41,034 nt of DNA from Candidatus Pacearchaeota archaeon (GTDB lineage: Bacteria > Patescibacteriota > Minisyncoccia > Minisyncoccales > GCA-002788555). The notes under the pieces were generated by a model. That model was not told the origin of the DNA, ran no database searches, and worked only from the letters and a program-made list of their open reading frames with translations. The stretch covers positions 1 to 41,034 of the forward strand of contig DAOPTN010000002.1 of the NCBI GenBank assembly GCA_035349995.1. The letters are read 5' to 3'. Position 1 is the first letter of the stretch. The number at the start of each line of letters is the position of its first letter. The position numbers and the translations under genes are program-made. Positions 33,584-41,034 of the stretch are shown here, piece by piece.

Positions 33584-33624
33584 AAATAATATGTGATTAA
33601 TGATTTTTAGTATATAGATTTATA

Positions 33625-34524
33625 TTATATGGTCATCTCTCTTAAGGCCTTTATCCGTTCCTCAACTGGTGGATGAGTTGAAAATAATTTTACCAACCAA
33701 TTTTTGGATTGATTGCCTTTAAAAGGAGATGAAATAAAAAGATGAGCATTTGATGTGTTGGCTGTTTTTAATGGCGATGGATCATCTGAAATTTTTTCCA
33801 GCGCCCTTGCTAACCCCTCTGGATATCTTGTTAAAAGCGCTCCGGTAGCATCGGCTAAAAACTCTCTCTTACGAGAAATAGCAAGTTGTAAAAGAGAAGC
33901 TGCAATTGGCGCCAAGATCGCCGCTAAAATACCCAAAGCAAACATTATTATACCGCTCTTTGATTCATCTGAGGAACTTCTTCTTCCTCCCCAAAAACTA
34001 ATTCTTAGAAAAAAATCTGAAAGAATAGCTATGATGCCGACCAAAATTACTACTACTGTGCTTAAAAGTATATCCTTGTTTCCAATATGAGAAAGTTCAT
34101 GAGCAATAACACCTTCAATCTCTGATCTCTCTAATTTTTCCAGCAGTCCTTGCGTAACAACTATTACTGCATGATTTTTATCTCTGCCTGTTGCAAAGGC
34201 ATTGGGCTGAGATTCATTTAAAATATAAATCTTTGGCATTGGCAAACCAGCCGTAATAGAAAGATTTTCAATAATACGGTAAAGCTCAGGATTATCTTTT
34301 TTTTCGATTGGCTTAGCTTTTGTTGTTGAAAGAACAATCTTATCTGAATACCAATAACTAAAGAAACTTTGACAGATTGCTAAAACAGTTGCAATAATCA
34401 AAATAATATAATTATCAAAAATATAACTAAAAAGCCAGCCAAAACCAATCAAAAGAATACAAAATCCTATAATCAATAAAAATGTTTTTTGTGTATTTGC
34501 CTCAGCTTGTGAATACAAACTCAT
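33625..34524 (-). CDS. htpX: M48 family zinc metalloprotease HtpX
   Basis: Two N-terminal TM helices, HELSHIGNKD (HExxH), a later pair of TM helices, C-terminal THPPVEERI. Confidence 0.9.
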   Translation of the reverse strand: MSLYSQAEANTQKTFLLIIGFCILLIGFGWLFSYIFDNYIILIIATVLAICQSFFSYWYSDKIVLSTTKAKPIEKKDNPELYRIIENLSITAGLPMPKIYILNESQPNAFATGRDKNHAVIVVTQGLLEKLERSEIEGVIAHELSHIGNKDILLSTVVVILVGIIAILSDFFLRISFWGGRRSSSDESKSGIIMFALGILAAILAPIAASLLQLAISRKREFLADATGALLTRYPEGLARALEKISDDPSPLKTANTSNAHLFISSPFKGNQSKNWLVKLFSTHPPVEERIKALREMTI

Positions 34525-34536
34525 AAAAAATTATAT

Positions 34537-35160
34537 TTAAAAACTTACTTTCACTGGTTCTTTTTCTTCCTTTTTTTCGATTTCAAACATTTCCATTGGT
34601 TTAAATTTGAACATTGAAGCAATAATATTTGCAGGAAAACTTTCAATTCTAGTATTAAGGTCTCTCACCACTCCATTATAAAATCTTCTTGCTGCCTGAA
34701 TCTTGTCTTCGGTATCACGAAGTTCTCTTTGCAATTCAAGAAAATTTTCAGATGCTTTCAGGTTAGGATAATTTTCTGAAACAGCAAATAACGACTTTAA
34801 TGTTCCAGAAAGAATATTTTCTGCTTCTCCTTTTTCTTTTAAATCCTTTGCTTCCATTGCCTTTGATCGTGCTTGAGTTACTTTTTCTAACAGTTCTCTT
34901 TCATGAATCGCATAGCCCTTTACTGTCTCAACCAAATTAGGAATTAAATCATATCTTCTTTTTAATTGAACATCAATATCTGCCCAGGCCTCTTTTGCCC
35001 GATTGCGTAATTTCACCAGTTCATTATAAATACTGATGCCTCCAAAAATAATCAAAACAATAATAAGCGGAATATTTATATTCCATTCAATGTAACCAAA
35101 AAATCCACTAACAAAAAGCAAAATGATTAATATTATAATAAGCGTATTCCAAATATCCAT
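34537..35160 (-). CDS. lemA: LemA family protein
   Basis: N-terminal TM helix, [27 protein letters not shown] and [13 protein letters not shown] blocks. Confidence 0.9.
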   Translation of the reverse strand: MDIWNTLIIILIILLFVSGFFGYIEWNINIPLIIVLIIFGGISIYNELVKLRNRAKEAWADIDVQLKRRYDLIPNLVETVKGYAIHERELLEKVTQARSKAMEAKDLKEKGEAENILSGTLKSLFAVSENYPNLKASENFLELQRELRDTEDKIQAARRFYNGVVRDLNTRIESFPANIIASMFKFKPMEMFEIEKKEEKEPVKVSF

Positions 35161-35251
35161 AATTTTATAAATTTTATTTATTAAATTTTTTTTCGACCTT
35201 TAAGGGGATAATATTTCACATTATATCCCCTATCTTTTATTATAACATATT

Positions 35252-36679
35252 TTATCCTTTTATTACACCCAAGGGCTTCATTCGCACAACTTTCTTAGCA
35301 AGACCTGCTTTGTCCACTGCTTCAATTACTTGGGTTACATCTTTATAAGCACCAGGCGCTTCTTCAGCAAAACCAGAGAAAGAAGCAGCTCTTGCATAAA
35401 TTCCCTTTTGTTTTAACTCTTCAAGTAGAGACTGGCCCCACCAAATTTTTTTAGCTTTTGTCCTGCTCATTGCTCTGCCAGCGCCATGCGAAGCGCTGCC
35501 AAAGGCAAGATTCATACCTACTTCTGTTCCTTTTAAGACAAAAGAACAAGTTCCCATTGTCCCTCCAATAAGAACTGGTTGACCAACCATACGATAATTT
35601 TCTGGCAACTCTTCTCTTCCTGGACCAAAAGCCCTTGTTGCTCCTTTTCGATGCACCAAAACTTTTTTAAATTCTCCATTGATCTCATGCTTTTCCCAAC
35701 GAGCGGAATTATGGGTCAGATCCCAAAGGGTTTCAACCTTCGCTCCAGGAAAAATTTTTTTAAAACATTCTCTGGTTAAATGAACAATGACCTGACGATT
35801 AGCATAAGAGTAATTTAAGGCACAGAGATTTGCCATAAAATATCTTTGTCCTTCTTTTGAATTGATCGGTGCGCAAACTAATTCTCGATCATTGATCGGA
35901 ATATGATATTTTCGAGACGCTTTAGCCAAAACTTTTAAATAATCAGTTCCGATTTGATGGCCCAATGCCCGTGAGCCACAATGAATGGAAACCAAAATTT
36001 GATTTTTAAAAAGACCAAATTTTTGAGCTGCTTCCTTGTCATAAATTTCATCTATATATTGAATTTCCTCATAATGATTACCAGAACCAAGTGTACCAAC
36101 CTGACCCCTTTCTCTCTTTTTTGCCCGTTCTGAAACGTAATCTGGATTTGCTCCCTCAAATGATCCATTGTCTTCAATATATTCCAAATCATCTTTAACA
36201 CCATATCCATTTTTTAAAACCCATTTTGTTCCTTCTTTTAAAAGATCGTCAGTTTCTTTTTTTGATAAAATAATTTTCCCGCGCGATCCTAAACCACAAG
36301 GCACAGTTTCAAAAAGAGAATCTACCAACTCTTTTATTTTTGATTTTATTTCATCTAAGGTTAAATCAGTTTTTAAAGTTCTAAGACCGCAGCCCGAATC
36401 AAACCCAATTCCTCCAACAGTGATTACACCTTCGTTTTGATCCATTGCTGCGACCCCTCCAATTGGCAGACCATAACCCCAATGACAGTCGGGCATTGCA
36501 AGAGAGGCCTTGAGGATCCCTGGCAGAGAAGCAACATTTTGCACTTGTTCTTTAACTTTTTCGTCCATTTCTTCAACTAATTTTTGATCGCCAAAAATTA
36601 TTCCCGGCACTAGCATTTTTCCGGTTTTTGGAATCTCCCACTGATAATCATTTATTTTACGAAGATTTTTTATTTCCAT
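35252..36679 (-). CDS. rtcB: RNA-splicing ligase RtcB
   Basis: MPDCHWGYGLPIGG, GSGNHY, HCGSRALGHQ, HNSARWE, SASHGAGR blocks. Confidence 0.95.
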   Translation of the reverse strand: MEIKNLRKINDYQWEIPKTGKMLVPGIIFGDQKLVEEMDEKVKEQVQNVASLPGILKASLAMPDCHWGYGLPIGGVAAMDQNEGVITVGGIGFDSGCGLRTLKTDLTLDEIKSKIKELVDSLFETVPCGLGSRGKIILSKKETDDLLKEGTKWVLKNGYGVKDDLEYIEDNGSFEGANPDYVSERAKKRERGQVGTLGSGNHYEEIQYIDEIYDKEAAQKFGLFKNQILVSIHCGSRALGHQIGTDYLKVLAKASRKYHIPINDRELVCAPINSKEGQRYFMANLCALNYSYANRQVIVHLTRECFKKIFPGAKVETLWDLTHNSARWEKHEINGEFKKVLVHRKGATRAFGPGREELPENYRMVGQPVLIGGTMGTCSFVLKGTEVGMNLAFGSASHGAGRAMSRTKAKKIWWGQSLLEELKQKGIYARAASFSGFAEEAPGAYKDVTQVIEAVDKAGLAKKVVRMKPLGVIKG

Positions 36680-36687
36680 ATTGAATA

Positions 36688-36709
36688 ATTTTTATACGAT
36701 TGTATAAAA
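36688..36709. promoter_or_regulatory. Perfect 9-bp palindrome tttttatac-gatt-gtataaaaa between archease and rtcB
   Basis: Read directly. AT-rich stem with a 4-nt loop. Confidence 0.5.
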
Positions 36710-36734
36710 ATTACGATGCTTTATGCAAAAAAAA

Positions 36735-37163
36735 TTACACATCAACAATTGTTTGAGCAATATATTGATTACCCTCTCTTTCAATTTTTAATTGGCTATA
36801 GGTAGCGGCTTTTACTTCTACTTTTGGCTCGTGTTTTTCTGGATTTAATTCTTCTCCCTGAACTACGCCTACAAGCTTATATCCGGGATTAGTTTTTTTG
36901 ATTTCTTTTATTTTAAATTCACCAAATACAAGATTTTCAATTCCTGCCTCTGATAAAAGAGTGTTTAGCCATTCAACAAAAAGCTCTTCTAAATTATCAG
37001 CTTTACACTCAATTTTTATTTCTTTTTTGGGTTCAACTTTTGCTAAATTCACCATTACCTCAAACATTGCTTTGGCGCCATTTTCAAAGGCCTCTTCAAC
37101 TGTTTTGCCATAACCCCTTACGCCTACATCGGCCTTATGCTCAAATTGTTCATATGTTTTCAT
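36735..37163 (-). CDS. Archease (RtcB activator)
   Basis: FEHKADVGVRGYGKTVEEAFENGAKAMF N-terminal signature. 142 aa. Confidence 0.9.
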   Translation of the reverse strand: MKTYEQFEHKADVGVRGYGKTVEEAFENGAKAMFEVMVNLAKVEPKKEIKIECKADNLEELFVEWLNTLLSEAGIENLVFGEFKIKEIKKTNPGYKLVGVVQGEELNPEKHEPKVEVKAATYSQLKIEREGNQYIAQTIVDV

Positions 37164-37785
37164 ATTGAAATAAAATTTTCTCTAGCTCTTTTAAATTGTT
37201 TATAGAAAAATCAATGTTTGGATTGTCTTTTTCTTTTTGATATTTTCCCTCTTTTCGTTTCATTCTAACAGTTATTATTTGAGGAAATTCTTTTTTCACC
37301 GCTGATAACGTTTCCGGATTGTCATCAACAAAAATCGCTTTTTCATTCTTTTTTAATAATTTTTTTAAAACTGATACTTTATTAATATCAGAAGTTATAA
37401 TAATTTTTTCAAAAAATTGAACAATGCCGGTGTTTTCAATTTTTGCTCGCTGAAATGTTTTATCACCGTAAGAGACCAAAAAAAGATCAATGTTTTTTTC
37501 TGTTTTTTTAAAAAAATTTTCTACATCTGGATACAAAAAAGTATTTGCTCTATGTAAAACATTTTTAAAATTTTCTCTTAATAATTTTAAAGAAACCTCT
37601 GGATTATGTTCAATTATTAATTGAAATTGTTTCTCGGGATTATAGGGTTTTTCTTTAGCTGCTTTTTCAAATGTCTCTTTAAACAATTTTTTATTAATGC
37701 CAATTTTTTGAATTTTTTTTTCAAGGGCATTGTAAAATCTTTTTACCGAAAATAATGTATGGTCAAAATCAAAAATAATTTTCAT
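37150..37785 (-). CDS. HAD superfamily hydrolase
   Basis: DFDHTLF motif I (DxDxT). The downstream VDDN motif fits the HAD fold. Confidence 0.75.
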   Translation of the reverse strand: MKIIFDFDHTLFSVKRFYNALEKKIQKIGINKKLFKETFEKAAKEKPYNPEKQFQLIIEHNPEVSLKLLRENFKNVLHRANTFLYPDVENFFKKTEKNIDLFLVSYGDKTFQRAKIENTGIVQFFEKIIITSDINKVSVLKKLLKKNEKAIFVDDNPETLSAVKKEFPQIITVRMKRKEGKYQKEKDNPNIDFSINNLKELEKILFQYENI

Positions 37786-37821
37786 TTTTTTAATTTTAGA
37801 TTTTTATTAAGGTGAGATTGG

Positions 37822-39075
37822 TTAAAGAAGAAAGGTGCGGTCTTTGAGATTCTTTTTAACAACTAAGCTTGGTCCAACATTACAGTTTACACCAATAAAA
37901 ATTCCGGGCATTAAAGAGACATTTATTCCAATATTTGAATTTTCACCTATCACCACCCCTAGTCTTTTAAGTTGAGTTGAAATTTTTTCTCCTTTGACAA
38001 GAGTGCTTATTTCTTTTCTATCTAATCTTTTATTGGCGGTAACAGTGCCAGCACCAATTTTACAATTTTCTCCAAAAATTGAATCGCCAAAAAATCCGGA
38101 ATGAGTATGAGAACCTTCTTCAAAAATAGATCTTGCTATTTCAGCCAAAGCGCCAATTAAAACATTATTTTCCAAGTTTACATATTCTCTTACAATAGAA
38201 TTATTGCCAATAACACAATTTTCTCCAATATAACAGGGACCCTTTATTACAGCTCCCTCAAGAATTTTTACATTATTTTCAATTTGAACCTTTCCCTCAA
38301 TAACCACATTTTTCCCAATTTTTGCATTCTCAGCAATAATTGATTTTAAAAATTTATCCATCAAATATTTTTCCATTAAAAATAAATGCCAGGGATATTT
38401 TAAAGTAGGCGTCTCTTCTTCGGGCTTGTTTAGGATTACTATTCGTGTATCATTTTTTATCATATACAAAGAAAGGGTTTCTTCAAAATTATACATTCCC
38501 TTTTTTGCTTTTTTATAAAATTCAAAAAAACCTGGCTCTAAAAGATAAACCCCAACTATCTTTATGTCTGACGGTTCTTTTCCTGGCTGGGGTTTTTCAA
38601 CAATTTCTAACACCCTATTGCCTTTTAGTTTTGCCATTCCATAAAGTTGGGGGTTTTTTGTTTTTTGGCCAAATAAAATGCCTTTAATTTTAGAATTAAA
38701 ATTTGGAAATTTTAAATTTAAAATTTCATTAACATCTACCCTCTCAGCATTTAAAACCAAAAATTTATCTTTTAACAAATCTTTTGTTCGCCAAAGCGCA
38801 TCGCCCATTCCAATAGGTTTTGGCTGAATCACATATCTTATTTTTAAATTTTGAAATCGATAGTTCTTTAATTCCTTTTCAATATCTTTTGCTTTTCCCT
38901 CAACAATAATTACTTCTTTAATGCCTGATTTTTTTAATCCATTGATAGTATACCAAATTAACGGTTTTCCCATTATTTTAAAAAGGGATTTATGTTTTTG
39001 ATTAAACGGCCAAAAACGAGACGATTCACCGGCTGCTAAAATTACTGCTTGTGTTGGTAAAAATTTTTGAAGCAT
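37822..39075 (-). CDS. Bifunctional sugar-1-phosphate nucleotidylyltransferase/acetyltransferase (archaeal-type GlmU-like)
   Basis: [14 protein letters not shown] nucleotidyltransferase motif plus C-terminal left-handed beta-helix hexapeptide repeats. Confidence 0.8.
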   Translation of the reverse strand: MLQKFLPTQAVILAAGESSRFWPFNQKHKSLFKIMGKPLIWYTINGLKKSGIKEVIIVEGKAKDIEKELKNYRFQNLKIRYVIQPKPIGMGDALWRTKDLLKDKFLVLNAERVDVNEILNLKFPNFNSKIKGILFGQKTKNPQLYGMAKLKGNRVLEIVEKPQPGKEPSDIKIVGVYLLEPGFFEFYKKAKKGMYNFEETLSLYMIKNDTRIVILNKPEEETPTLKYPWHLFLMEKYLMDKFLKSIIAENAKIGKNVVIEGKVQIENNVKILEGAVIKGPCYIGENCVIGNNSIVREYVNLENNVLIGALAEIARSIFEEGSHTHSGFFGDSIFGENCKIGAGTVTANKRLDRKEISTLVKGEKISTQLKRLGVVIGENSNIGINVSLMPGIFIGVNCNVGPSLVVKKNLKDRTFLL

Positions 39076-39081
39076 ATTTTA

Positions 39082-40059
39082 TCAAAAATTAATAATCTTT
39101 TTTAAAAAAGAAAAAAGTTTTTGCTGGTCATATTTTATTTCTAATCCATCCAACAACAGATCTTCTCCAATAAATTTATTTTTATCCAAATCATTGTTTA
39201 TTATCGGCGGGTTTAAAACGAATTCTTCTTTTTTCTCTTCTTGGTATTTTTTAATTGTGTCTTTTGATGGAATATTATTATTAAAAATTACAAAATCCAA
39301 AGGAACGCCCAAATATTTTTCAATTGCTTCTGTAAAATCCTTTATGGAATAATTTTGAGTTTCTCCCCATTTTGTCATTGCTGGGCAAATAAAGATTTTT
39401 TTAGCCTGAGATTGTGCCATTGCTTCTTTCCATCCTTTGCCTAAAAAACAAGGAATTAAACTAGAATACAAATCACCTGGCCCAATAATGATATTATCTG
39501 CTGTTATTGTCTCGTCTATGGCTTTTTGATAAGCCCTTGCTTTGGGTTTTAAATAAACATTTTTTATTTTCAAATCGCGGTTATGATTTTTCCCAAGATC
39601 AATTTCTTCCTCGCCTTCAATCAAACTGCCATCTTCCAATTCAGCTACCAATTGAACCTTATCTAAAACAGCAGGCAATGCCATTCCCTTTACATTTAAA
39701 AATTGATGACAAATGTTTAATGCTTCTTCAAAATTGCCAAATATACTTTCAAGTCCTGTAATAAAAACGTTGGCAAAATTATGACCAAAGTGTTGAGGAG
39801 AAATTTCTATATCCTTGGCAAAACGAAACTGCCACAATTCTTTTTTCCATTTTTCTCCCTCAGACAAGGCTAATAAGTGCCTCCTGATATCTCCAGCAGG
39901 CATTGTATTGAATTCTTTTCTAAGAGCGCCGGTTGAGCCGCCATTGTCCACCATTGAGGTTATAGAAACAATATCAAAATTAAAGTTTTTAAGAGGCTCT
40001 AAAATTAATTGAGGCATTGCTCCGCCACCACCAAAACAAACAATTTTTTTCTTTCTCAT
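39082..40059 (-). CDS. YvcK/CofD (UPF0052) family protein
   Basis: IVCFGGGGAMPQ and SMVDNGGSTGALR match the YvcK/CofD signatures. Confidence 0.8.
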   Translation of the reverse strand: MRKKKIVCFGGGGAMPQLILEPLKNFNFDIVSITSMVDNGGSTGALRKEFNTMPAGDIRRHLLALSEGEKWKKELWQFRFAKDIEISPQHFGHNFANVFITGLESIFGNFEEALNICHQFLNVKGMALPAVLDKVQLVAELEDGSLIEGEEEIDLGKNHNRDLKIKNVYLKPKARAYQKAIDETITADNIIIGPGDLYSSLIPCFLGKGWKEAMAQSQAKKIFICPAMTKWGETQNYSIKDFTEAIEKYLGVPLDFVIFNNNIPSKDTIKKYQEEKKEEFVLNPPIINNDLDKNKFIGEDLLLDGLEIKYDQQKLFSFLKKIINF

Positions 40060-40127
40060 ATATTAAATTTATAACAGATTTTTTAAAAAAATAAAGGGCA
40101 CTTGGATTTAATTTTTTAATATTAAAA

Positions 40128-40155
40128 CTAGCCCTTGCAATTTTTACAGGGCTAG
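40128..40155 (-). terminator. Rho-independent terminator after the Cys-rich gene
   Basis: Minus strand reads ctagccct-gtaaaaattgca-agggctag followed by ttttaatatt. Confidence 0.65.
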
Positions 40156-40175
40156 TCAAATTTCATATATACCTA

Positions 40176-41034
40176 TTAGTAACAGCCGATCTGAGTAATA
40201 TTAGCACTTACCCCAACGTTAAAACAAACATCGTGGGTAAATCTACAACCTGGATTATAATAACCATCACATACCGCATTTAACGTACACTTATAGTCAT
40301 AATTCGTCCCCCGTCTAGCACAGTACCCCCAAGTAGCAAGGCAAGTTTCCTGGGCAGTATTTGACCAACTATGTCCATTAACAGAACAACATTGGCCGGT
40401 ATTAGCGGTTGTGGTGCTCCAGTTTTTATACTGAAACCAACGTGGAGGACAAGTTGCACGATTAAATCTACAAATCTTTACTGATTGTTCAACAGTTACT
40501 ACTTCTCCACCCCAATTTTCACAATCTTCCTCTGTGTGTTTTCCGTTAACTAAAGGGGTTCCACTTTGAGCACAAATCGCAGCGTCCCATTGATTGGCTG
40601 TAGCTGTACAACAGTTATCATTATAAGCACAAGGGTAACGACAGGTGGGCGGCTCTGGAAAAAATCCTTCTTGTGTTACACAACCCTCATAACTGTTACC
40701 ACATCGGCAAGTGCATGATGCTGAAAACCATCGTCTCATTACTGGAATTGTGCCCTCAGGACAAGAAGGATTTGAACCACTAACGTAAAACATATTTGAT
40801 AATGATACTTCTCCTTCTATGGATCCAATTAAATCATCAACATATTTTTTTGTTGCTACATGATTATCAGCAACAGGATCAGCAGCAGTAATATTACCTT
40901 GAACATTTAATTTTGCTTGAGAATTATAAGGCATTCCAATACCAACATTGCCAGTAATATTAAAATTACCACCAATAGAACTAGTACCACCAGAAGCAAC
41001 AGTAAGGGCAGTGCCTGTTAAACTACTGCCACCT
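40176..41034 (-). CDS. Tail-fibre-like, Gly-rich-repeat surface protein with a cysteine-rich C-terminal domain. Partial: the N-terminus lies beyond the window.
   Basis: The frame stays open upstream of the track's ATG to the window edge (GGSSLTGTALTVASGGTSSIGGNFNITGNVGIG-MPYNSQAKLNVQGNITAADPVADNHVATKKYVDD). The last roughly 200 aa contain about 22 Cys and many Trp. Sampled lines are about 47% GC against about 28% next door. Confidence 0.8.
   Translation of the reverse strand, partial: GGSSLTGTALTVASGGTSSIGGNFNITGNVGIGMPYNSQAKLNVQGNITAADPVADNHVATKKYVDDLIGSIEGEVSLSNMFYVSGSNPSCPEGTIPVMRRWFSASCTCRCGNSYEGCVTQEGFFPEPPTCRYPCAYNDNCCTATANQWDAAICAQSGTPLVNGKHTEEDCENWGGEVVTVEQSVKICRFNRATCPPRWFQYKNWSTTTANTGQCCSVNGHSWSNTAQETCLATWGYCARRGTNYDYKCTLNAVCDGYYNPGCRFTHDVCFNVGVSANITQIGCY

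Noticed and set aside
40176-41034. Prophage or DGR call based on the tail-fibre-like gene
   Set aside because: Only one such gene is visible and it is truncated by the window edge. Its downstream neighbours are housekeeping genes, and no reverse transcriptase, template repeat, capsid or terminase gene can be seen. Left as a hypothesis to test, not a feature.

Overview
This is a low-GC (about 30% judged from sampled lines), tightly packed bacterial chromosome segment. Its gene content and style fit a Patescibacteria/CPR (Parcubacteria-like) organism; that placement is inference. Standard genetic code (TGA is used as a stop). About 43 CDS and 3 tRNAs. Most genes are housekeeping genes on the minus strand: murG, plsY, frr, holB, glmS, prs-pyrE-pyrF, leuS, a Clp-like AAA+ protein, htpX, lemA, rtcB plus archease, a GlmU-like enzyme and a YvcK-like protein. 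The only plus-strand block is 6563-13760: a sigma-r4/HARE-HTH protein, a membrane protein, a soluble T4CP (VirD4/TraD)-like ATPase, a DUF458/YkuK RNase H-like protein, a small membrane protein, tRNA-Arg(GCG), then recG. No rRNA, CRISPR array, transposase, integrase or reverse transcriptase is visible. Best candidates for something undescribed: (1) the membrane protein + T4CP-like ATPase + RNase H-like operon at 7.6-11.5 kb. (2) A roughly 50-bp inverted repeat pair, each with a GC-rich structured repeat island just inside it, bracketing 6.1-14.9 kb. (3) A convergent accessory pocket at 29.0-30.4 kb holding a riboswitch-like leader, a small non-AUG two-TM ORF and an orphan 273-aa protein with a long structured leader. 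(4) A truncated tail-fibre-like surface protein with a GC-elevated, cysteine-rich C-terminal domain at the window end. All family calls come from motif recognition by eye; no searches were run.
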